Positions 32,551-40,151 of a stretch of DNA of 64,000 bases are shown here, piece by piece; position 1 is the first letter of the stretch; each line of letters starts with the position of its first letter. Source of the DNA: an uncultured Chloroflexia bacterium (GTDB lineage Bacteria; Chloroflexota; Dehalococcoidia; DSTF01; JALHUB01). The notes under the pieces were generated by a model. It saw nothing but the letters and a program-made list of their open reading frames with translations. It was not told the DNA's origin and searched no databases. Location of the stretch: NCBI GenBank assembly GCA_963726245.1, contig CAVSBT010000027.1, forward strand, positions 32,001 to 96,000, given 5' to 3'. The position numbers and the translations under genes are program-made.

Positions 32551-34398
32551 CTACGCGGCTTCCTGACGGCTCGAGTCTCCCATGGTCGGTGGCAACCTGA
32601 TCCCCTTGAGCAAGGGATCAAAGCGCCGCTGCGCTTCCCATCCAACGTAGATCTCCTCCAGGGCCATCACGACGGTTCGGTCAAAGAGCGTTCCGGCCTG
32701 CTTCCGCAGCAGTGCAGCGGCCTCCTGTGGGGCCAGGGCCGGCCGGTACGGACGGTCGGTGGTCAACGCATCATAGACATCGCAGACAGCAGCGATGCGG
32801 GCGACGAGCGATACCTTCTCGCTCCGAAGTCCCTGTGGGTAGCCGCTTCCGTCCAGCCGCTCGTGATGACACAGCACGAAATCAAGCACTTCTGGCATGA
32901 GGTTGAGGTCTCCCAGGATTCTGGCGCCCAGCAGTGTATGCCCATCCACAACCAGGCGTTCCACATCCGAGAGACCTGTGGGCTTCAGCAGAATGGCGTC
33001 GCGAATGCCGATTTTTCCGACATCATGCAAATAGCCGCCAACTCGTAGCGCGTCGAGCGTAATCCCACGCAGCCCGAGCCGCTTACCCATGAGCCGGGCC
33101 AACTCACCCACACGCATAGAGTGCCCCGCAGTATAGGGGTCCCGAGCGTCGACCACAGCCGTCAGCGTCTTGATGGTCTTGAAGTGGTGCTCGCGAAGTT
33201 GGTCGGTGCGGGAGCTCAGGCTCTCGGTCATGTCATCAAAGGCTTTCGCGAGCACCGCGATCTCGTCCTCCCCCGCGACCGAGCTTCTCGCGGATAGGTT
33301 GCCGGAGGCAACCTTGCGTGCTGCTCGGACGAGCCGGCCAACGCGAGCAGTGATGGCGTGCGCCAGCAGGTAGCCTGTCAGCAGCACCAGCAACATAGCC
33401 ACGCCGAACACAGCGCTCATCTGCCAGCGGGTCACGCTGCCGGCCTCGAAGATAAACTGCGTTGGTAGCGCGACCGAGTAGAGACCGACAACCTGGTTGC
33501 GGACGATTAGCGGGCCATAGGCGAGGTCATACTCGCGCTTCCAAACGCTTCTCCTCTCCCTAGTCGTCTCCCCGTGCTTCCCTAGTATGGACTCCACCGT
33601 GGAGGAGCCTATCCCAAGGTTCACTTCTTCACTGGCGCTGCCCCCGCCCGCGAAGGTGCTAGTGAGAGGGTGTCCTTTGAAGTCGTAGAATGTCACATCG
33701 GCCAGCGCTTCCTCCCGTGCCTGTCTGGCCAAGCTGTCAAGATATGTCCCAACCAGAGCAACTCCCACAATCTCCGTACCGGAGCGAATGGGCCCAGCGG
33801 TGAAGAAGGTCAGCCCCTCAGGGGTCTCCACGAGACCCGCGAACTTGTCACCCTGCTCATCACTACCGGCTTCAAGCACGCTTTGTACCGGGGGCCATTG
33901 GTTCGTGGCGGCTGCATCGACCGGCCGATATGTTAGGCCAGCCTCCGGCCCTTCCCCGGTCAGACCCAGCAGACGATTGCCGCTCCTGTCAATTATCTCA
34001 GCCCGCTCAAGGCCTAGGTTCGTCATCAAGGGCTCCAGCAGCGTGGTGAGGCTCTGCGTGTCTCCGGCGGCCACGGCCTGTCCCACACCTTCTGTGAAGG
34101 CAAGCGTACGCACACCTTCTAGGTGGTTTCGCTCGTTTCGCACCACAGCATCGGCGGCTACGCGTCCCGCCTCGGCGAGTTGATTGTCGAAGCGCTCCCG
34201 AAGCGAGCCGGCCACGAGTGTGGTCACCATGTAGGTTCCGGCGGCACCCAAGAGTACGGTGAGGAGTGCATAGGGACCGATGATCTTCCAGCTAAGGTGC
34301 CGGAGGGGCCGGCCCCAGAGGGATTTCGCCGCATGGGCGAGGGGCGCGATGCTGGCCGCTGGTCTGGGCACTCGCAAGTGATCACGCATCCAGCGCAT
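32551..34398 (-). CDS. Membrane sensor HAMP + HD-GYP phosphodiesterase
   Basis: Two TMs, HAMP (EDEIAVLAKAFDDM), YTAGHS, LHDVGKIG, HHERLDGSGYP. Confidence 0.92.
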   Translation of the reverse strand: MRWMRDHLRVPRPAASIAPLAHAAKSLWGRPLRHLSWKIIGPYALLTVLLGAAGTYMVTTLVAGSLRERFDNQLAEAGRVAADAVVRNERNHLEGVRTLAFTEGVGQAVAAGDTQSLTTLLEPLMTNLGLERAEIIDRSGNRLLGLTGEGPEAGLTYRPVDAAATNQWPPVQSVLEAGSDEQGDKFAGLVETPEGLTFFTAGPIRSGTEIVGVALVGTYLDSLARQAREEALADVTFYDFKGHPLTSTFAGGGSASEEVNLGIGSSTVESILGKHGETTRERRSVWKREYDLAYGPLIVRNQVVGLYSVALPTQFIFEAGSVTRWQMSAVFGVAMLLVLLTGYLLAHAITARVGRLVRAARKVASGNLSARSSVAGEDEIAVLAKAFDDMTESLSSRTDQLREHHFKTIKTLTAVVDARDPYTAGHSMRVGELARLMGKRLGLRGITLDALRVGGYLHDVGKIGIRDAILLKPTGLSDVERLVVDGHTLLGARILGDLNLMPEVLDFVLCHHERLDGSGYPQGLRSEKVSLVARIAAVCDVYDALTTDRPYRPALAPQEAAALLRKQAGTLFDRTVVMALEEIYVGWEAQRRFDPLLKGIRLPPTMGDSSRQEAA

Positions 34399-34787
34399 AT
34401 ATCATTATCGACGACTCACCCCGAATTCATCAGTACACTCCCTATCAGCATCAGGAGGGCCTCACCTTCATGTGTTTGCAGTGTCACAAACCCGAAGATG
34501 GGGAGCGGCGGTGATATGCCTCGGAGCAGACCAAGGATCGGGTATCCCTTAGTCGGTGGACCTTTCCGGGCGACGTTGTGCTGAGTCTACGGGAGAAAGA
34601 CGAGGGTGTAATCCAGACCGCCAGCGGGAAGCCGCCTCAAGGCCTGGGAGCCCTCTGCCTCCGTAGCAGATGCCCTGAAGCTCGTATCTGAAATGCAGAC
34701 GAATGGAGGTAGTCGAATCTAGCGAGGCCCTCTGCCTCCGAGACGACAGGGGTCAAAGACGGGCGGCTAGAGGGTTGGATTTGAATC

Positions 34788-34863
34788 TGGAGCGGGAAAC
34801 GGGACTCGAACCCGCGACCCTCTGCTTGGGAAGCAGATGCTCTACCAACTGAGCTATTCCCGC
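34788..34863 (-). tRNA. tRNA-Gly(CCC)
   Basis: GCGGGAA acceptor stem, anticodon arm TCTGC-TTCCCAA-GCAGA, CCA. Confidence 0.95.
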
Positions 34864-34980
34864 TCGGCCACCATTCTAGTGATGCCCGCAGGGGCCCGTC
34901 AACGGCGCCGGGCCGTCCAGCGCCCTGGTCAAGGCTCTCTGGCCGTTCGCTGGCAGCGGGCGTCGGCTGGGACGGTGGCA

Positions 34981-35487
34981 TCATTCGAAAGGCTGCGTGA
35001 ACCGCTCGCGGTGGGCCACCTCGGAGAGCGCCTTGCGCTGCTTCTTGCCGCGGCCGTGGGCCTGGGCCGGATAGCCGAACGGGATGATAGCCAGGACGTC
35101 CAGGTCGTCCGGAATGCCCAAGAGCGGCTTGACCGCGGTCAACGCGCGGAAGCCCACCCAGTTCGAGCCCAGCCCTTCTGACCACGCCGTCAGGATCATC
35201 GATTGAATCGCGCGGCTCGCGTCGGACACCGCGAATTTCGTTTCCTCAATCGCTACAACGACCGCCACGGCTGCCTGCGCCACATACGGCCCGGTTTGAG
35301 CCAATGCGCCGAGCTGACGTATGGTGTCGCGGTTCTCGACGACAATGAAGTGCCAGGGTTGGCCGTTCATGCTGCTCGCCGTCAGTCTCCCGGCTTCGAC
35401 TATCCGCCGGACTGCGTCTGGCGGCGCAGGCTTCTCCTGGTAATTGCGCACAGCGAGCACCGTGCGCACCGCGTCGAAGACTTCCAC
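34981..35487 (-). CDS. Nitroreductase family protein
   Basis: AVRNY, ASSMNGQPWHFIVV, GLGSNWV, FGYP. Confidence 0.9.
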   Translation of the reverse strand: MEVFDAVRTVLAVRNYQEKPAPPDAVRRIVEAGRLTASSMNGQPWHFIVVENRDTIRQLGALAQTGPYVAQAAVAVVVAIEETKFAVSDASRAIQSMILTAWSEGLGSNWVGFRALTAVKPLLGIPDDLDVLAIIPFGYPAQAHGRGKKQRKALSEVAHRERFTQPFE

Positions 35488-35509
35488 CGCTTGCCTCCCT
35501 TCTGAATGT

Positions 35510-36361
35510 TCAAGCCCCTGAAGGCTGGCTCAGCCTCGAGCCCAGGATCCCCAGCGCCAGGAGGGCCAGCCCCAGCCCGCTCAAGGCAAGGCCGTTGCGG
35601 AACGGCAACCACGCCTCCGCCTTTGCCAGGCCCAGGAGCTGGACAGTGATGTAGTCGTCCGTCGCCCAGCCGGCTAGAGCAAGGACGAGGCGCACAACCG
35701 CCGTCAGCAGCAGGAAGAGCAGCGATGCCGTCGCGACGACGCCGCCCAGCGTGACGAGGCGTCCGTAGCCCCGCGTGATGAGGACGAGGGCGCCCGACAA
35801 CGCCCCGCACAGGATGCTCAGCGCCAGGGTTGTCCAGCGAAGGGCGTCGTGGTTGCCCGCCGTGAGGAACCCGAGGCCCGTCCGGACGGCCCCCTGGACG
35901 GAGAGTCGCGAAGAATCGCCCGCCTGGCCCCCCTGGCGGAAGGCTGCCGTTCCCTCCTGGTAGACTTTCTCCGCCGACCGGTCCAACAGCAGGTCCCGCA
36001 CCTCCGTGGGCGGCTGCTGCGCTTCCCGTGGGGATAGCGTCACGTCCAGCGGGTAGTCGGGTAGCGACAGCGGCTCGTCCGGGGAGGCGCTGGCCTGCTC
36101 GCGGAGGGCCGGGCCTTGCACCGTCAGCAGGGAGTCGATCTCGGTCAGGCTGGCGATCCCGCGGCGGAGGGCGCGATGCGCAGGTCCCGGCGCCGTCAAC
36201 TGGAGGAGGTTGAGCGCCACGAGAAGGGCCAGCAGCGCCATCGCCAGCCCGATAGCCGCGGCGACCGGCGGCGATTGGCGACGCCACCCGAACAGCCCGC
36301 CCGTCGCGACGGCCTGCGAGAAACCTCCTCCCGCTACGCTGGCGTCTCTCTCCGAGCTCAT
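35510..36361 (-). CDS. Hypothetical membrane protein (about four TM)
   Basis: ATG overlaps the RDD stop; hydrophobic segments; coding-like codon usage. Confidence 0.7.
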   Translation of the reverse strand: MSSERDASVAGGGFSQAVATGGLFGWRRQSPPVAAAIGLAMALLALLVALNLLQLTAPGPAHRALRRGIASLTEIDSLLTVQGPALREQASASPDEPLSLPDYPLDVTLSPREAQQPPTEVRDLLLDRSAEKVYQEGTAAFRQGGQAGDSSRLSVQGAVRTGLGFLTAGNHDALRWTTLALSILCGALSGALVLITRGYGRLVTLGGVVATASLLFLLLTAVVRLVLALAGWATDDYITVQLLGLAKAEAWLPFRNGLALSGLGLALLALGILGSRLSQPSGA

Positions 36362-36963
36362 GCGGCCGGTTGCGGCGGACCTTCCGGAGTGCTGGCCGGC
36401 ACGACTGTGCTGCCGACGACTCGGTCGTGGAGGGCGCGGCGTCTGCCGTCCAGGAGTACGGAGCCAATAGCCAGGAAGGGAGCGACCACCGACAAGAAGA
36501 CCAGGGCCAGGGTTACCACCAGGACCGCCGCGCTGAGGGTCACCGAGGTGGCCACGGCCGCCGTCAGCAACCACAGAAGAGCCAGAAAGGGGTGAAAGAG
36601 CAAGGGGTGCAGCAGAAGGAAGCGGAGCACGCATTTGCCCAGGCCAAGCGGTCGCCCGTCCTCGCCCACCACCTTGATGTCGGCGACGTACTTGCCCACG
36701 GTCTGGCCTCGCCAGCGGCAGAGGACGACGTTGAAGGCGAGCCAGAGAGGAATGACCGCCAGCGCGATGGCCACTATGGCGTAGAACGAGGAATCAGGTG
36801 GGTCATTGTCGCCGAAGTCGCTGGCAATGAGGAGCTGGAGGCCCGCCACGGCCAGAAAGAGGAGGCTGAAGGAGAGGAGGACGACGCTGTCCACCACAAA
36901 AGCCACCAGCCGCGCCTCCAGGCGGGCTCTGCGGAGAGTGGGGACGGTGGAGGCTGTCGTCAA
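36358..36963 (-). CDS. RDD family membrane protein
   Basis: RLVAFVVD, GQTVGK, RRALHD. Confidence 0.9.
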   Translation of the reverse strand: MTTASTVPTLRRARLEARLVAFVVDSVVLLSFSLLFLAVAGLQLLIASDFGDNDPPDSSFYAIVAIALAVIPLWLAFNVVLCRWRGQTVGKYVADIKVVGEDGRPLGLGKCVLRFLLLHPLLFHPFLALLWLLTAAVATSVTLSAAVLVVTLALVFLSVVAPFLAIGSVLLDGRRRALHDRVVGSTVVPASTPEGPPQPAA

Positions 36964-37105
36964 CGCGGGCTCTCCCTCCTGGGGACCGGCAGGTGCGGCG
37001 TTCGGGGGCGATTATAGCACGGCTCTCCGGCGTCCCCGAAGGGGCTTGCGGCGGTTGCTGCGGCGTCAGCGCCGGTGCTAAGTTGTGTTCACTGCTGGAG
37101 GCCTC

Positions 37106-38365
37106 ATGTCGGACCGCCGCTCGCGCCGGGTTGCTCTGCTCGTGCTTCTCTTTGCCGTTGGGGCGGCCCTGGCCGGCGGCTGGCTGGTCACCGCCGCCAT
37201 GGACCTGCCCAACGGGCCCGACGACTACAACCTGGTGCAGTGGGAGGTCCGCCACTTCCCCAACAAGTGGCTCTACCAGATCGGCACGCTACTCCGAGGC
37301 GGGCCCGACGAGGTGGAGAAGACCCAGCGCCTGGAGCGATTCCTAGCCCTCAACGCCGAGATCACGTCGCTGGAGAGCGAGGCGGCCTCATCCCAGGGAT
37401 CCGACGGCTCCGCTGGGGAGAAACCAGCCATCACCGACCAGTTGGCGGCGGCACGCCAGGAGCGAGACGGGCTGAAGAACACCGTGGAGGCCGTCCTGGA
37501 GGAGCGAGTGTCCCAGGCGGCCAGGGAAGCGGGACTGGAGAGCTCCTTCCCCTTCTTCCCGAAGGCACACTGGCTCTTCCCGCCCATAGACTTCGAGTTC
37601 GCCTCGCCGCCCAACGTGCTGGCCATCTCGCCCCGCGACCGCATCTACCTCGAAAGCACGCGGCTCCTGAAGAGCGACCTCACCCTGGAGGACGTCGACA
37701 GGGTGGAGCAGTACTGGGAGGCGAAGGGGGTGTCAGCGCTGGTGGTCGGCACCGGCGGCGTCGGCACGTATCCCAGCGTCGTACCTCCCGAGGCCGACTA
37801 CGGCGATCTGCTGGCGACCGTGTCCCACGAGTGGATGCACCAGTACCTCTTCTTCCGCCCGCTGGGCTCGCGCTACTTCCGCGACCCGTCCCTCGCGACT
37901 ATCAACGAGACCGTGGCCAACATGGCCGGTCGTGAGCTGGGGGCGATGGTGGCGCGGCGCTACCCCCTCTCCGCAGGCCCCTCCGCCTCGCAGGCGACTC
38001 CCCCCGCCGCAGCGAGCCCGACGGCGACGCAGTCCGGCCCCGCGTTCGACTTCAACCAGGTGATGAGAGATCTAAGGCGGAATGTGGACAGCCTGCTCGC
38101 CGAGGGGAAGGTGACGGAGGCGGAGTCGCTCATGGAGGAGACGCGCCAGTTGCTGGCCAGCCACGGCTACTACATCCGGCGCATCAACCAGGCCTATTTC
38201 GCCTTCCACGGTCTCTACGCCGATACGCCGGCGTCCAGCAGCCCCATCGGCCCCAAGCTCGAGGAGCTGCGGCGGCGCAGCGCATCGCTGGGCGATTTTG
38301 TCCATGCTGCGGCCCGCCTCACCAGTGAGACCGACTTGGACCGCCTACTGGCCGGCGGAGGCTAG
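37106..38365 (+). CDS. Membrane-anchored putative zinc metallopeptidase
   Basis: N-terminal TM; HEWMH plus downstream NETVA gluzincin-like motif. Confidence 0.7.
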   Translation: MSDRRSRRVALLVLLFAVGAALAGGWLVTAAMDLPNGPDDYNLVQWEVRHFPNKWLYQIGTLLRGGPDEVEKTQRLERFLALNAEITSLESEAASSQGSDGSAGEKPAITDQLAAARQERDGLKNTVEAVLEERVSQAAREAGLESSFPFFPKAHWLFPPIDFEFASPPNVLAISPRDRIYLESTRLLKSDLTLEDVDRVEQYWEAKGVSALVVGTGGVGTYPSVVPPEADYGDLLATVSHEWMHQYLFFRPLGSRYFRDPSLATINETVANMAGRELGAMVARRYPLSAGPSASQATPPAAASPTATQSGPAFDFNQVMRDLRRNVDSLLAEGKVTEAESLMEETRQLLASHGYYIRRINQAYFAFHGLYADTPASSSPIGPKLEELRRRSASLGDFVHAAARLTSETDLDRLLAGGG

Positions 38366-38368
38366 CCA

Positions 38369-38596
38369 CTATTCGACCGTAATGCTCCGGCGTCGGCGGC
38401 TGCGGCCACCTTCCTTCTCGTCCAGACGCTGCAGAGCCGCCTCCACCATGCTGCGGAGAGCCAGCAGTGTTTCTCGTCGCGCATCCAGGAGGTGGCCCCG
38501 GGCCTCCGGCGAGAAGGCCCGGAAGGCGGGCTTGTGGATGCGGAGGCTAAGGCCCTCCTCTGGGGAGTACTCGCACTCAAAGAACTTCTCCGCCAT
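38369..38596 (-). CDS. Small helical hypothetical protein downstream of ArsA/Get3
   Basis: AAGGAGG RBS; amphipathic helix HLLDARRETLLALRSMVEAAL. Confidence 0.7.
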   Translation of the reverse strand: MAEKFFECEYSPEEGLSLRIHKPAFRAFSPEARGHLLDARRETLLALRSMVEAALQRLDEKEGGRSRRRRSITVE

Positions 38597-38655
38597 GATG
38601 GCCTCCTTTTGCGAGTGACTTGTCGGTTTATCGAAGTACCCCTCTTCCGCCAGTC

Positions 38656-38730
38656 CTGTCATTCTGAGTCCGCCGCAGGCGGACGAAGAATCTGGCCCAC
38701 GGAGACCCTTCGCTTCGCTCAGGGTGACAG
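38656..38730. repeat. GTCATTCTGAG...CTCAGGGTGAC palindromic element with nested TCCGCC/GGCGGA hairpin
   Basis: Terminal inverted repeats CTGTCATTCTGAG / CTCAGGGTGACAG; internal CGAAGAATCT / AGACCCTTCG. Confidence 0.75.
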
Positions 38731-38753
38731 ACTAGGAAGGGTTCATCAAAGAG

Positions 38754-39926
38754 TCACGATTCCGGCCGAGTGAAACGGATGCTCAGCCGGTCGCCCTCCA
38801 GCTTGGCCCCCTGGCTCTCCATGCCCACGAGAGCCCGGGGCAGGATGATGTTGCGCTTGAAGTTCCCCACTTCCACTATCAGTTCGTCTCCCGCCTGCGA
38901 GAGACTGATCTCTTCCTTCGTGATGAAGGGCACGGTCAGGGTTAGGACGTACTGGCCGTCCTCCTGACGGAACTCGTCGACCTGCCCCTGGTGCAGGACA
39001 GCGGTGGGGTCAATCGCGCCGTACACCGCCTCGCCGAGCCGCTCCAGCATGGGCAGGCCCACCACTTCCTGCTCCATCAGGGGAGCCTTGAGGATGGGCA
39101 GAGGCGCGAAGGCCTCCTGCACCTGCTGGAGGTAGCGCTCCTGGGTCTCCTTCCAGGCCTGGAAGTAGCTGTCGCTGACCTCCTCTGGGATGACGCGGTT
39201 GCAGACCACCAGGTCGGTCGCGTAGCCGTAGAGGTTCAGGTAGGTGTAAGTGCGCTGGGCCTCCTTGATCACCATCTTCTCCGGGTTGAGCACCAGCCGC
39301 ACCGACGACGTGGCCGGGTCGGTCAGTATGACGCGCATGTCTTCCAGCTTGGCGAAGAGCTCCTTGGCGGCCGAGAACACCTCGTCGTCAGGCAGGGGTA
39401 GATCCGTCACACGTCGCAGTACGGGCCGGGCGATGCGGGCCGCCACCCTCTCGATGGGGAAGATGCGGTGCATCCACCAGCGCGCCACTTCGGGGAAGCT
39501 CAGGAGGCGGAGCGTCTCCCCCGTCGGCGCGCAATCAACGACGATGAGGTCGTACTTGCCCTGGTCGTGATAGTTGATGAGGTAGAGGAGGCCCGCCAGC
39601 TCCTCCATGCCCGGCAGCACCGCCATCTCCTCCGCCACCACTTCGTCCAGCCCTCGCCAGGCCATGAGGACCTTGAGCCAGTCCTGGAGCGTGCCCCAGT
39701 GGCGGTCGATCTCCCTGAAAACGTCGAGCTCCTGGCCCCAGAGGTTATCGGAGATGAGGGCCGGCTCGCCGCCCAGGGGCTGGTCGAAGCTGTCGCCCAG
39801 GCTGTGCGCGGCGTCCGTGCTCATGACCAGGGTGCGATGGCCCAGGTGAGCGGCGCGCAGGGCAGTGGCAGCCGCCACGCTGGTCTTGCCCACGCCTCCC
39901 TTGCCGGTGTAGAGGATGATGCGCAT
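38754..39926 (-). CDS. ArsA/Get3 family ATPase with C-terminal alpha-crystallin-like domain
   Basis: GKGGVGKT, STDAAHSL, DCAPTGET; HSP20-like tail. Confidence 0.9.
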   Translation of the reverse strand: MRIILYTGKGGVGKTSVAAATALRAAHLGHRTLVMSTDAAHSLGDSFDQPLGGEPALISDNLWGQELDVFREIDRHWGTLQDWLKVLMAWRGLDEVVAEEMAVLPGMEELAGLLYLINYHDQGKYDLIVVDCAPTGETLRLLSFPEVARWWMHRIFPIERVAARIARPVLRRVTDLPLPDDEVFSAAKELFAKLEDMRVILTDPATSSVRLVLNPEKMVIKEAQRTYTYLNLYGYATDLVVCNRVIPEEVSDSYFQAWKETQERYLQQVQEAFAPLPILKAPLMEQEVVGLPMLERLGEAVYGAIDPTAVLHQGQVDEFRQEDGQYVLTLTVPFITKEEISLSQAGDELIVEVGNFKRNIILPRALVGMESQGAKLEGDRLSIRFTRPES

Positions 39927-40151
39927 CGACGAGGATTCTCCAGGCCCGGCTCTCCGGCCTTCCACCGCCGGCCTCCGCGGCCTGCTCACTATCGGCGAGA
40001 GGCCGGCGAAGGCTCATAGCCCACGTACATTATAAGCCCTGCCTCAGGCCGGCGGCGGCAGCGGCGGACCGGGCCGCAAAGCTCATCCTACGGATGATGT
40101 CGCCTCCAGAACGCGACACGCGTGCTGCTGGAAGCCTGCTGCTGAGGGCTC

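Noticed and set aside
34413-34787. c-di-GMP riboswitch upstream of HD-GYP; 14-nt direct repeat GCCCTCTGCCTCCG (about 34650 and 34727)
   Set aside because: No GEMM-type GCAAA/GAAA tetraloop-receptor pattern seen; only two repeat copies, so not an array
38754-39926. Arsenic resistance ATPase
   Set aside because: Single ATPase domain with an alpha-crystallin-like tail and no arsB/acr3/arsC/arsR neighbours
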